From positions 1-56,087 of the IMG/VR virus record IMGVR_UViG_3300036859_001061: a stretch of 56,087 nucleotides of DNA; one strand, written 5' to 3'. The notes under the pieces were generated by a model. The model saw nothing but the letters and a program-made list of their open reading frames with translations, was not told the origin of the DNA and searched no databases. A program made the translations under genes and the position numbers. Of the stretch, positions 19,165 through 28,739 are shown piece after piece; the first letter of the stretch is position 1; each line of letters begins with the position of its first letter. The DNA comes from a virus. Taxonomy: Duplodnaviria; Caudoviricetes.

Positions 19165-19985
19165 CGGGCATCCTCCCAGTACGGCCGGAATGGTTTGCGT
19201 GCCACGAGCACGCCTTCGATGTGGCTGCGGCCCTCGCGCTGCCGCGTCTGCGTATCGGTGTCGGCGACGAGGCGCCAGCGCAGGAGCTGCAGGTCACACG
19301 GCGGTCGGTAGTCCGGAATCGCCGTCTGCTCCGCGGGGATCCGATACGAGTCCTGATTCAGATACAGGAAGCAGAATTCGCCGATCGCGCGGCTGTGGGT
19401 CGGGTCGCCCCAGCACCACTGGCTCGTGTAGTAGGGCGAGAGAAACTGCAGCCGCCCGCCCGACTTCAACACGCGGTAGACCTCGCCCCAGAACTGGAAC
19501 CACCCGGCGAGCTCCCCCTGGCGGCCGATGTGCTCGAGCACGTGGCTCGCGATCATCAGGTCGACGCTGTCGTCCGGGAGCGCGATCGCGTCCGCGCCGA
19601 GCGTGGCGGTGAGGTGCGCGCCGGCGTGCGCCATGCCGTCCAAGTTCACGAGGCGAATCGGCGGCCGCACCTCATCGCCCGCGGCGGTGAAGCACGTGAT
19701 CGGCGGCAGCTGCTCGAGGCGCTGCTTGCGGCCGCATCCGAGGTGCAGGACGACGAACTCGGGCAGGTCGGTGTCGCGGGCCTCGTCGTAACGCTGCCCT
19801 GGCAGATCCGGCGCCAGGTCGGCGAGCGCGGCCTCCCGCGCGTCGCGCTCGAGCAGCGGCCGGCACGCGGGCGGGATCAGGGGGCCCTGCGGGAATGACG
19901 GCCGCACCTTGTCGGACTCCTGCTTTTCTGACTCGTAGCCATGCAGGGCTAGCGCCGCGTCAACGGTGGCGTTCTTCTCATTCAC
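19161..19985 (-). CDS. Class I SAM-dependent methyltransferase
   Basis: VLHLGCG motif I, SVDLMIASHVLEH, YRVLKSGG, WGDPTH. Confidence 0.85.
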   Translation of the reverse strand: MNEKNATVDAALALHGYESEKQESDKVRPSFPQGPLIPPACRPLLERDAREAALADLAPDLPGQRYDEARDTDLPEFVVLHLGCGRKQRLEQLPPITCFTAAGDEVRPPIRLVNLDGMAHAGAHLTATLGADAIALPDDSVDLMIASHVLEHIGRQGELAGWFQFWGEVYRVLKSGGRLQFLSPYYTSQWCWGDPTHSRAIGEFCFLYLNQDSYRIPAEQTAIPDYRPPCDLQLLRWRLVADTDTQTRQREGRSHIEGVLVARKPFRPYWEDAR

Positions 19986-20782
19986 CGCCGGATCCCCGCA
20001 ATCTCACGCGCCCGCTGCGCGCTACCGAGCGACGCCGGCTGCCGTCCGCTCGGCGGAATCGTCACGAGCTCGATGACGTAGCCCCGCTGCAGGGTCTCGT
20101 TCGCCTCGCGCGGGTCCGGCGAACTCCGGACGGCGACGAAGGGCCGCGTGCAGCACGGGCAGACGAAGGGCATCCCGGCGCGGAGCTCTGGGATGCGATC
20201 GCAATGCGCCTGGAGCTGCGCCGGCGACTGCGCCGTGAGGACTGCGCGCACGCCGGCGTTGGCGTCTTCGCGGTCGCGCAGCTCGACGAGGTCCTTGAGG
20301 CGCACCGGGCGATAGGCGTCGGCGGTCCGCCCGGTCTTCTCGCCGATCGCGATCCCGCGCTCGAGCCGGTAGATGGGCGCGGCGCAGCTCACGCAGATGA
20401 CGATGGAGCCCGCCGGATACCCCGCATGGTTCCCCGCCGGCGACGCCGCGATCGAGTCCTGGACGGACCGCCGCGTCGAGAGGCCGGTCGCGCTCGAGCG
20501 CACGAGGGAGGTGAGTGTGTCCATGAGTCCTGCTTCGCCTGCCGATCCGCTGCCGCGGCACACGGGACAGGCCCGGCGCCGGAGAAACTTACCTGTCACG
20601 ATCCGCCCCGCGCCGCCGCAGTGCCGGCACAAGTGCCCGAGGATCCCGCCGTGGCGGAGCAGCCCGAGCGCGAGCGCCCACCAGAATCCCGGGTGCCAGT
20701 ACCGGATCGTCAGGTCCTGGCGGAGATGCCCGGCGAGCCAGCGGTGCCGATGTCGGCCACGTCGGGCCCGCCGCGAGAGCAC
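19982..20782 (-). CDS. Zinc-finger protein (DnaJ-type CxxCxGxG plus zinc ribbon); alternative start 20524
   Basis: CRHCGGAG, CPVCRGSG, CVSC, CPCC. Confidence 0.5.
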   Translation of the reverse strand: MLSRRARRGRHRHRWLAGHLRQDLTIRYWHPGFWWALALGLLRHGGILGHLCRHCGGAGRIVTGKFLRRRACPVCRGSGSAGEAGLMDTLTSLVRSSATGLSTRRSVQDSIAASPAGNHAGYPAGSIVICVSCAAPIYRLERGIAIGEKTGRTADAYRPVRLKDLVELRDREDANAGVRAVLTAQSPAQLQAHCDRIPELRAGMPFVCPCCTRPFVAVRSSPDPREANETLQRGYVIELVTIPPSGRQPASLGSAQRAREIAGIRR

Positions 20783-20785
20783 GGG

Positions 20786-21007
20786 CTACGCCGGCGAAAA
20801 ATCCAGGTAATGCACGCTCCCGATCGGCAACTGGGCGAGCGCCGCAGGATTGTCGACGAACATCTCGAGTCGACCCGTCGGCGTCGCCTGCGCGAAGCGT
20901 CGGTCTTCCTCGATCGTCGCGTCGTACTCCGCCTGCAGCACGACCGTGCGGGCGGTCGGGTGCCTGTGCTGGCGAATCTCCGTCACCGTGAACTTGGCTC
21001 GCACCAT
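20786..21007 (-). CDS. Conserved small phage protein
   Basis: MVRAKF..FAQATPTG.LEMFVDNPAA..YLDF pattern recurrent in phages. Confidence 0.7.
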   Translation of the reverse strand: MVRAKFTVTEIRQHRHPTARTVVLQAEYDATIEEDRRFAQATPTGRLEMFVDNPAALAQLPIGSVHYLDFSPA

Positions 21008-21009
21008 AC

Positions 21010-21834
21010 TCAGCGCTCTCCTCCCGTGATGGCGTACTCCGCGACGTGCTCCCCGCTCGGATAATCGATCCCTTCCGGGATGCCGCGGACGATCGTGCGC
21101 TTGGCGACGAGGGCCCGCTCTGCCGGCGGCTGCTCGAGCATCGCCTGCGTCTGCTTCAACAGGTAGCTGTCGTTCCAGTGCGCGTCGATGACCTGCTGGG
21201 CCACGTGGCCGCAGCGCAGGTCCCAGTCGCACCAGATCGAGAACCCGAGCGCGCGCGCCTGTTCGCAGAACCACATGTCTTCCGAGATCGTGAAGTCATG
21301 CGGCGGCTCGATCGCGCGCTGGTAGCGGAACCAATTGTGCCCGCGCGCGGCCTCGATGGCGACCAGGACGTCTCGGCGAATCAGCAGCGCGCCGGCGCCG
21401 CACGCATGGATCTCGAAGACCCCGCGCCCGAAGTGCACCGTCCGATAGACGTGCGCGCCTGGCGCGATGCGGTCCTCCATGAAGGCGCACGCGACGAACG
21501 GCGGCTTCTTGATGTGGTACCGGGCCGTCACGACGGGCTGCTCGATGAACAGCAGGCGCTCGACGAGGTCCGCCGGATGGACCATGTCGCAGTCGAAGAA
21601 CAGCAGGTAGTCGCAGTCGGCCGTGAGCGCCCCGGCGCAGATCTCGTTCCGCGCCGTGTCGGTCGGAAAGCGCTGCGACCGAATCCAGGTGAACGCGTCG
21701 ATCCGGAGATGCGCCGGCAGGGCCTTGTTGACCTCGCCGCCCTCGAGGCGCCGGATGAGCGTGATGAACGCGTCCCAGAACACATTCGGGACCGGGAAGT
21801 CGTTCGAGGTGATCGTGCCGATCGCGAGCTTCAT
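21010..21834 (-). CDS. Glycosyltransferase, GT-A/GT2-like
   Basis: ARNEIC, YLLFFDCDM, GAGALLIRRDV, SEDMWFC, CGH. Confidence 0.85.
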   Translation of the reverse strand: MKLAIGTITSNDFPVPNVFWDAFITLIRRLEGGEVNKALPAHLRIDAFTWIRSQRFPTDTARNEICAGALTADCDYLLFFDCDMVHPADLVERLLFIEQPVVTARYHIKKPPFVACAFMEDRIAPGAHVYRTVHFGRGVFEIHACGAGALLIRRDVLVAIEAARGHNWFRYQRAIEPPHDFTISEDMWFCEQARALGFSIWCDWDLRCGHVAQQVIDAHWNDSYLLKQTQAMLEQPPAERALVAKRTIVRGIPEGIDYPSGEHVAEYAITGGER

Positions 21835-22511
21835 ACCGGCACCTCCGCGGCGGCCGGCGTCGGCTTCGGCGCCCCGACGGCTTTCCGCGCCGCCTTCTTC
21901 CGCTGGCGTCCGGCCAGGCTGTTCTTCGCCACACGCGGGAGCGCGGGCGCCGGCGCGGCGGGGGCCGGCGTCGGCGTCGGGGCTGGCGTCGGGAGCCTGA
22001 CTGTGCCGCCCGCCGCAATGTGCTGGAGATGGGCGGGCAGCTCGAACCCCGGGTCGTTGCGCGTGGCGCGGATGACGTCCCGGACGGCCTCCGACCCGAG
22101 CTTCTCGACCAGGTCCCGCAGATCGTCGGACTGCGCGCGGTCGCGGCGCGACTGGGACGCGAGGTACAGCTGCGGATTCCAGGGGGTTGCGCCCACCATC
22201 CGGTTGCGCAGCATGATGAAGTCGCGCGGCTCGTGGCCGGCCTGGCGCAGCAGCTGCACGACCACCTTGTTGCCGAGCGCCCCCGGATTCGCGAGGGTGA
22301 CGTACTCGAAGCCTTTCTTCAGCCAGTCCTGGTGCCGCCGGACGGGCAATCCGCCGGTCAGGTCCCAGCGCGGCACGCCATGGTCGTCGAGCGCGTGTTC
22401 GCCGGTGTCGTCGAGGATGGGCCGCCGATAGATCGCGTGGATGTCGATCTTGTCGTGGTTGATCCACTCCGGGTTGAACGGAACGGCTTTGAATTCTGCG
22501 GGTTGTGCCAT
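21831..22511 (-). CDS. Hypothetical protein with Pro/Lys-rich tail
   Basis: 226-aa ORF in head operon. Confidence 0.6.
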   Translation of the reverse strand: MAQPAEFKAVPFNPEWINHDKIDIHAIYRRPILDDTGEHALDDHGVPRWDLTGGLPVRRHQDWLKKGFEYVTLANPGALGNKVVVQLLRQAGHEPRDFIMLRNRMVGATPWNPQLYLASQSRRDRAQSDDLRDLVEKLGSEAVRDVIRATRNDPGFELPAHLQHIAAGGTVRLPTPAPTPTPAPAAPAPALPRVAKNSLAGRQRKKAARKAVGAPKPTPAAAEVPV

Positions 22512-22575
22512 GGTGCGTTATGCCCCTCCGGGCCTGGCCTGGACGCGCCGCTCCGCGGCGTGCGTCCGGACCGTG

Positions 22576-22881
22576 TTACTTCTGTGCCTTCCCCTTCGGT
22601 GTCGCCTTCCGCGTCGCCTGGGCCTTCCGCGTCGCCTTGGGCGCAGCTGCCGCGGCCGCCGCGGGCTGCTCGAGCGCCTCCGTCTTCCCGACCCGACCGA
22701 TGACCTGGTCGCCCACGTCGGCGTACCCGGTGCGCAGGCCGCGGATGTCCGCGAGCAGCGTCTTGTCGGCCACCCCGAGGAGCGGCTTCACGTACTGCCG
22801 ATCGACCGCCACGATGGCGTGCGCGTACGCGTCCTTGGCTGCCTCGATGCGTTTGAGCGCCTCGTCGAACTGTGGATGCAT
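22576..22881 (-). CDS. Hypothetical protein with Ala/Lys-rich tail
   Basis: 101-aa ORF after capsid gene, AGGAG upstream. Confidence 0.6.
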   Translation of the reverse strand: MHPQFDEALKRIEAAKDAYAHAIVAVDRQYVKPLLGVADKTLLADIRGLRTGYADVGDQVIGRVGKTEALEQPAAAAAAAPKATRKAQATRKATPKGKAQK

Positions 22882-22922
22882 CGTTCCTGCTCCTGGTCTG
22901 TCGAACCCCCGTGCATGGGAAC

Positions 22923-22950
22923 GCGGGACCGAACCCCAGCTCGGTCCCGC
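22923..22950 (-). terminator. Stem-loop downstream of capsid gene (terminator or mRNA stabiliser)
   Basis: GCGGGACCGA-8 nt-TCGGTCCCGC perfect 10-bp stem; no strong U tract. Confidence 0.4.
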
Positions 22951-22978
22951 GCCTTGCCCCCCATCACGCCGGCGCCGA

Positions 22979-24007
22979 TTACGCCGTCGAGTTCGAGTAG
23001 AGAAACACGCCGGCGCCGCCGCGGCCGCTCGTGGTTGCGCCTCCGCGGTACTCGGCCTCCCCCCACACGCCGACCTTATGGAGCTCGGTCAGCCGGGCGG
23101 ACTCGTCGCGCTGCGCCGCCAGGGCGCCGTCGAGCGATCCCTTCTGCCCCAGCCCGATCGCCGAGGGGTGCATGATGCAGCCCGCATGCACTGTGCTCGC
23201 GGAGACGGTCGCGGTGCCGACGTTATTGGTCATGAACATCGTCACGCCGTAGACGTTGCCGACGACGCCCGTGGCGACGATCTCCTGGCCCTGCGCGCCG
23301 TAGACCGACGCGTCGTCGAGCGCCGGCAGGAGGTGCCCCCACTGCCGCGGATTCAGCGCGCAGATGCGCGGCTGCTCCGGGATGTTGTTCGTGTTGAGGA
23401 TGCGCACGCCGTCAAGGAAGAGCGTGGTCGTCAGTGCTCCGGTGTTCGAGCCCGTCGAGGAGTCGAACGCGGAGAAGAGCGCTGCGATGTCCGCGTCCTG
23501 CAGCCGCTGCATCGCTTCGGCTGCCATGGTGCCCGCGATACCGCCCTCCGACGAGGCCTTGGCGCGAATCGCGTCCGGCGGATCCGCGATGTCGTCGACG
23601 GTCGCGCCGATCGCGAGGTCTTTGACGTCGAATCGGATCTGGTGCTCGGAGACCGTCACATCGACCGAGCCCGAGGTGTCGATCGTCGCGGTCGTGGTGA
23701 AGTCGGTCGCCTCGGCGATCGCCGCGGCATCGACCAGGTCGTAAATCGGGAACCGCGCGACGAGCGTCTCCTCGCCGGTGATGTCCTTGAATGCCACGAA
23801 GTCGGACAAGCCGAGCCGTGCGGCGAAGTACAGCACCGACTTGGCGTAGGCCGCCTGTCGGATGACTTCCGTGAGGGTGGTCGAGGTGGTGACCGCCATC
23901 CCGAAGAAAATCGGACCATCGAGCGGCCCGCGGGGCAGGATGGCAACGAGCACCAGCGCGGCGAGCAGCGCCAGCGTCTTGATGAGTCGAATGGGTCGGG
24001 TCTGCAT
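22979..24007 (-). CDS. Major capsid protein (HK97-fold likely)
   Basis: Follows scaffold; FPIY..AAAIAEATD, DADIAALF, GVVGNVYGVTMFMTNNV, HPSAIG patterns. Confidence 0.8.
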   Translation of the reverse strand: MQTRPIRLIKTLALLAALVLVAILPRGPLDGPIFFGMAVTTSTTLTEVIRQAAYAKSVLYFAARLGLSDFVAFKDITGEETLVARFPIYDLVDAAAIAEATDFTTTATIDTSGSVDVTVSEHQIRFDVKDLAIGATVDDIADPPDAIRAKASSEGGIAGTMAAEAMQRLQDADIAALFSAFDSSTGSNTGALTTTLFLDGVRILNTNNIPEQPRICALNPRQWGHLLPALDDASVYGAQGQEIVATGVVGNVYGVTMFMTNNVGTATVSASTVHAGCIMHPSAIGLGQKGSLDGALAAQRDESARLTELHKVGVWGEAEYRGGATTSGRGGAGVFLYSNSTA

Positions 24008-24050
24008 GGTTCGTGTTCTCCGTGTTGGAAGCCGGCTCCCAATCTGGGCT

Positions 24051-25019
24051 CTACTTCGTCGCTTTCGCGATCCGACTGAACCCGCGGCCCATCTGCAGGC
24101 CGCCGCCGCCGATCTCCTCGAGCTGCTTGCGCACCTGTGGGTCACGCGCCTGCTCGGGGGTAATGCGGCGACTCAGATCGATCTTCGTTGTGTCCCCGAG
24201 GACCCCGTCGCCGCGAGCTCCGCTCCCGGCCTTTCCGCTTCCACGGAGGATGTGGTCCTTCTCCGGCAGGCTGGCGATGAGGCCTTCGACGGCCTCATTG
24301 AACGGGGCCGGATGCCCGCTCTTGCTGTTGCGCACGATGTTGCCGCTCGCGTCGCGCGTGATGAGGACCCGCTTTTTGCCTATCTCCCCACCAAAGTCGT
24401 ATTCCTCGTACTTCACGTACGAGCCGAGCTGGCGGACCGCCATCTCGCCCACGAGCACGGTCTTCGAGCCGTCCCCGCCGCCGAAGTAATCGGTCTCGGC
24501 CAGGATTGCGCGGCGCACCTCGCCCTCGGCGATGTCGCGCTCGAACTGGGCCAGGCGCTGGTCGCGCTCGGTGATCTCCATCTCGTGCTTCTTCAGGAGG
24601 TCGCTGCGGAGCGCGTCCCACTCGCCGGCCTTCTTCTTCCGGTCCTCTTCGGCCGTCGCCTGGGCCGCCTTCAGCGTGTCGTATTCCTTGCGCTGCTCGG
24701 GCGTCATCTGCGTCTTCTCGAGCTCGGCGAGGCGCGCGAGGCTACGCTTGGTCTCGTCGCGCGTGGCGAACGCCGCGGCCGCACCGGATTCCCTCTTCCA
24801 GTAGAGGCGGTAGTACTTCGATGGGTCGGATACCTTAAGCTCGTCGGTCAGCGGAACGTCGTCGCCCTCGCCGCCGCCTCCGCCGCCGCCCCCCGGGGTG
24901 TCCAGGAGCGGCATCGGGATCAGAAAGGCGTTGAAGCGTCGACGCACGCGCTCCCGCGTGTGTCCGGTGCTCAGTGGCGCGGCTGCTGACCATCCCCATC
25001 CGGGGCGAAAACGATGCAT
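24051..25019 (-). CDS. Capsid scaffolding protein
   Basis: Charged coiled coil, poly-Gly near N-terminus, GSGARG near C-terminus; directly upstream of capsid gene. Confidence 0.7.
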   Translation of the reverse strand: MHRFRPGWGWSAAAPLSTGHTRERVRRRFNAFLIPMPLLDTPGGGGGGGGEGDDVPLTDELKVSDPSKYYRLYWKRESGAAAAFATRDETKRSLARLAELEKTQMTPEQRKEYDTLKAAQATAEEDRKKKAGEWDALRSDLLKKHEMEITERDQRLAQFERDIAEGEVRRAILAETDYFGGGDGSKTVLVGEMAVRQLGSYVKYEEYDFGGEIGKKRVLITRDASGNIVRNSKSGHPAPFNEAVEGLIASLPEKDHILRGSGKAGSGARGDGVLGDTTKIDLSRRITPEQARDPQVRKQLEEIGGGGLQMGRGFSRIAKATK

Positions 25020-25074
25020 GGTGTCTCCCTACTGCAACCCTGCTCATGAGCAAGGGCACGCTGCGACTAGGCAG

Positions 25075-25557
25075 CTAGAGGCGGTCGATTCTCCGATCGG
25101 CCTCGTCCTCGACGAATTGCAGAATGCGCTCTTCGTCCTCATCCGACAGACCGAAGAAATCGCGGATCACGCCGTGGTTCCCCTCAACGTGAAAGAACGC
25201 CTTGTCCGCGGCGCCGACCGATCGCGATCGCTGAATAAACGTGTTCCCCGACGCGCGCCCGCCCTGGCTGCGGAAGCTGATCTCGCACGACCGTTCGGTC
25301 ACGGCCACCGGCCCCATGTCGTTCAGCATCCGCCCCGACACGGTGAGGTCCGCGCGGCTGTGGCCGAGTGCCTTCGTCTTCTGCTTCGCGTAGCCCTCAG
25401 ACAGCGGACGGAACGGTCGACCCTCGAAGTCGATGCCCTGCTCGGTGCGTGTCCGGATCTGCGCGACGGCGAAGTCGGCGATCTCGCGCATCAGGCTCTC
25501 CCCGTCAGGCAGCAGCTCGCGGAGGTCGCCAAAGTTGCGCGTGACGGTGATGCCCAT
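25075..25557 (-). CDS. Virion morphogenesis protein (Mu gpG/tail S-like)
   Basis: GRPFRPLSEGYAKQK, DLTVSGRML, RDFFGLS. Confidence 0.75.
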   Translation of the reverse strand: MGITVTRNFGDLRELLPDGESLMREIADFAVAQIRTRTEQGIDFEGRPFRPLSEGYAKQKTKALGHSRADLTVSGRMLNDMGPVAVTERSCEISFRSQGGRASGNTFIQRSRSVGAADKAFFHVEGNHGVIRDFFGLSDEDEERILQFVEDEADRRIDRL

Positions 25558-25703
25558 TTACTTTGCCTGCACAACGTTGCCGGTCGAGAGGGCGCACATC
25601 ACGGCTGCGCAGATGGCGCGCAGCACGAGCTGAAACCGCGCGGTGCACTCGCCCGCCGCCGGGTACTGGTGGGGTAGCGTCGTGGTCGTCAGCACGAGCT
25701 GTT

Positions 25704-26573
25704 TCATGCGGCCTTCTCCATGTCGTCGAAGATTTCCTGCACGTGCGGCGCGCGCTCGCCCGTCTTTGCCAGCTCGAGCAGCTCCGCGTCGAGCTTCGAC
25801 ACCCGCTTCGGCTGGTGCCGGCAATTGAATCCCCCGCCCGTCAGGAGCGGGTTCGGCAGCTGCCCGTTGTCGGCCGTCTCGAGTGCCTCCCGCGTGAACA
25901 CCTTCCCGGCGCGCGCGCGGCAGAACGGCCGTGTCTTCGTGTCGAGCGGGCCGGCGTAGTAGAACAGCTCGTCCGCCTCCCCGGTCGCGTGCAGCTGATC
26001 GACCTGGCGCGAGTAGATCGAAATGGCCGTGTCGTAGAGCGTGCGCGCGCGGCCGAGGCTCGTGTCGAACGTGTCGGCGACGTCGTCCACCAGGTGCGAG
26101 ACCGGCCGCAACCCCATCGTCCCGTCGAGCGCGACCCGCTGCAGCTGCCCCGCCAGGTCCGCCTCGAGGCGCATCAGCTCATCGAAGCGCACGGTCTTGA
26201 ACGCCGCGATCGCCGAGAGGTCCGTCTTCGACAGGTCCACTGCGGCCTGGGCGATGGAGTTCCCGCGGAGCACCAGGCGCGTGAGCTCGTCGAGCGGGCC
26301 ATCGGTCAGCGTCTCGGCGACAGCCGCGAAGCCAGACTCCTCGAGCGCGCGCAGCAGGTCGCGCCGCAGCCCAAGCACGCGCCCAAGGCTCGCCTTCGTG
26401 GCGACGAGTCGCCCGTCCTTCTCGCGGAGCTCCCGGAGGAGCTGCCGGACGCGCGCGTTGGCGAGCTTGAGCACGTCGCCCATCTCGCGCGCGAACCGGG
26501 CGTTGAGCGTCTCGATGAGCGAGGCCTCGCGCGCCGCCTGCAGCTCGAGCCGTTCGGTCTTCGTCGTGGCCAT
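25704..26573 (-). CDS. Minor head protein (SPP1 gp7/Mu gpF-like)
   Basis: YAGPLDTKTRPFC and GGFNCRH motifs. Confidence 0.8.
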   Translation of the reverse strand: MATTKTERLELQAAREASLIETLNARFAREMGDVLKLANARVRQLLRELREKDGRLVATKASLGRVLGLRRDLLRALEESGFAAVAETLTDGPLDELTRLVLRGNSIAQAAVDLSKTDLSAIAAFKTVRFDELMRLEADLAGQLQRVALDGTMGLRPVSHLVDDVADTFDTSLGRARTLYDTAISIYSRQVDQLHATGEADELFYYAGPLDTKTRPFCRARAGKVFTREALETADNGQLPNPLLTGGGFNCRHQPKRVSKLDAELLELAKTGERAPHVQEIFDDMEKAA

Positions 26574-26575
26574 GG

Positions 26576-26860
26576 TCAGTGCGTCGTCAGCCGTTTGCGC
26601 GTCCAGCGTCGCGTGTGCCCGAAGTGCCAGAAGTGACACCAGCGACACTGGTAAATCCCGAGCTGGTCGTTCCGGCGCGGATGGTCGCGCGACGTGATCC
26701 GAATCTCGGCGACGACCGCGTCGGCGTGCGCGCGCGTCGGATGCCGGACCTTGCCGCGGCACTGCTGCGTGCCCGGCCCGCGCGGCGTCGGCTTCCCGAG
26801 GTCGATCCCCGAATCGCGGAACGCCTGCCGAAGCTGCTCGAGCGTGCGCCAGCGCCGCAT
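26576..26860 (-). CDS. Small Cys/His zinc-binding protein
   Basis: CRGKVRH..YQCRWCHFWH. Confidence 0.55.
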   Translation of the reverse strand: MRRWRTLEQLRQAFRDSGIDLGKPTPRGPGTQQCRGKVRHPTRAHADAVVAEIRITSRDHPRRNDQLGIYQCRWCHFWHFGHTRRWTRKRLTTH

Positions 26861-26864
26861 GGCA

Positions 26865-27041
26865 TCAGCGCTCGGGCCCCACGAATCCCAGCGGGCGCAC
26901 GAGCGCGCGCCCGTCCGGGAGATACAGCACCGGCGTGCGCTCGAAGTCGACGCTCGGGCTCTCCGCGTCATCACCCTGCCGCGGCTTCTCGCCGTAGGAC
27001 ACCGGCACGTATTCGGAGGCGCGCACGATCACACGCCTCAT
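26865..27041 (-). CDS. Small hypothetical protein
   Basis: ATGA overlap with portal stop. Confidence 0.4.
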   Translation of the reverse strand: MRRVIVRASEYVPVSYGEKPRQGDDAESPSVDFERTPVLYLPDGRALVRPLGFVGPER

Positions 27042-28675
27042 GCGGCCACCGGCTCTGGCTTGTTCTTGTCGTCCGGCGTCGGCGTGGGCGGTTTCTTCCC
27101 GCCCGGCACCAGGCGCTCGACCGAGCCTGCCAGCCGTTCCTGTGCGTCCGCCATCGCCTGCTCGCGCTGCGCGACCTGCGCATCGATGGCGTCGTGAATC
27201 GTCTGCTTGAGGTCGGCCGGGAGGTCCGGTGCGAGCTGATCGACGACGCGCTTCTTCGCGTAGTGCTCGAAGTCGACGCCGAGGTCGAGCGCGATCGCCT
27301 TCGCCCACTTCTCGAGCTCCTGCAGGAGGTCGGCGATGAAGAACTCGCGCGGGTAGCTGATGGTGACGTTCGCCTTGTCGAAGGCCTCGTCGGCCCGGGC
27401 CTCGGGGAACCGCCAGCGGAACCAGTGCCGCACCATCTCCAGCTCGACGCGCTGCAGCTCGGCGCCGAGGTTCGCCAGCATCTCGTTCAGCTCGGTGTGC
27501 TGCAAGCGGATCGCGTCGGCGGACTGCGCGTCGGCCGAGTCCATTTCCCAGCGCACGTGCGCGGCGCGGTAGATCTCGCGGATCAGGAAGTCGACGAGCT
27601 TGCCGATCGCCTCGAGCACGCCCATGTCGGCGGTGACGTAGCTCGCCTCGCCCTGCACGACGATCGCGCGGGTCGTCCCGATGTCGTTCCCGAGCTGCTT
27701 CTTCGCGCGGGTGACCGCATCGTCCCCGGCCTTGTCCCCGACGGGCACCGACACGACCAGCACCGAGAACGCCTGATCGCGGGCGACCTCATCCTGCTCG
27801 CTGCAGCGGTTGTACAGCGCCCGGTACACGTTCGGGTCGCCGAGCAGCGACATGCCGAGGAACGGGTGCTCGGCCGAGGGCTCCGGACGGATGACACTGA
27901 GCGGCACCAGGCCCAGCGCGCCTGAGCCCGGGACCGACGCCGCGAGCACCTCCCCGGTGCTGGTGAAGCGCGCCCAGCCGTCCCGGTCCCAGAGCAGGTA
28001 CTGCGTCGCCGCGTCCCCGGTCAGGACCTCGTCAGTGATGGCCGTGGGGCTGGCTCCCTCGAGCAGTTTTACGCCAACGAGCTCACCAGCCTTGAGACGC
28101 CAGTCGAGGATCGACGGGGCCGGGAAGAGGGAAGCGATGATCTGCCCCCGGTCATCCGCGAGGCTCGGCCCGCTGGGCGCGTCGGTCGTCTTGTCGACCA
28201 GACAGCCGGTATGGCCGGAAGCCAGGGCGAGCCGAGCCCCGCGTTTCATGAAGTCGTCGATCGGCGTGCGCGCCCCGTCCACGTTCTTCCACCAGGCTTC
28301 GAGCTCGGGCAGCCCCTGGGCCTCCCGTTTCACGCCCTCGCGGAAGACGTGGCGGACGTAGATGTTGATCAGCGACTGGGCGAAGTTGTGATAGCGCGCC
28401 ATGGTCTGGCGCTCGGCAAACTCCGCCGGTTTCTCGTTCGCGTACTGCCAGAGGTACTCCCCCGAGCGGAACCCGCCGTGTCCCTCGAAGGCGTCGAGCA
28501 GGATGCGCCAGCCGGCCGCCAGGTCGGCGTGCAGGGGATGGACTTGCCGCAAAAGCTGCGTGCGGGCGTCGTCATCGCCCGCGGCCATGACGGCGGCCGT
28601 GAGATGGTTCGCGCCAGACGACACGACGGTCGCCAGGGCGGCAGACGTGCGGGACTTTGTGCGGCGCTTGGCCAA
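27038..28675 (-). CDS. Portal protein
   Basis: 545 aa after terminase; YHNFAQSLI, SILDWR, SADAIR, VTISYPREF patterns. Confidence 0.85.
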   Translation of the reverse strand: MAKRRTKSRTSAALATVVSSGANHLTAAVMAAGDDDARTQLLRQVHPLHADLAAGWRILLDAFEGHGGFRSGEYLWQYANEKPAEFAERQTMARYHNFAQSLINIYVRHVFREGVKREAQGLPELEAWWKNVDGARTPIDDFMKRGARLALASGHTGCLVDKTTDAPSGPSLADDRGQIIASLFPAPSILDWRLKAGELVGVKLLEGASPTAITDEVLTGDAATQYLLWDRDGWARFTSTGEVLAASVPGSGALGLVPLSVIRPEPSAEHPFLGMSLLGDPNVYRALYNRCSEQDEVARDQAFSVLVVSVPVGDKAGDDAVTRAKKQLGNDIGTTRAIVVQGEASYVTADMGVLEAIGKLVDFLIREIYRAAHVRWEMDSADAQSADAIRLQHTELNEMLANLGAELQRVELEMVRHWFRWRFPEARADEAFDKANVTISYPREFFIADLLQELEKWAKAIALDLGVDFEHYAKKRVVDQLAPDLPADLKQTIHDAIDAQVAQREQAMADAQERLAGSVERLVPGGKKPPTPTPDDKNKPEPVAA

Positions 28676-28690
28676 GGGGGAAACGTGACG

Positions 28691-28733
28691 ATGATGGACG
28701 CAGATCCGCGTGCTGACAATTTTCCGGTGACAA
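28691..28733 (-). promoter_or_regulatory. Putative sigma70-type promoter upstream of portal
   Basis: Minus strand TTGTCA-17 bp-CATCAT; second TTGTCA 14 bp upstream. Confidence 0.4.
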
Positions 28734-28739
28734 AAAGCG

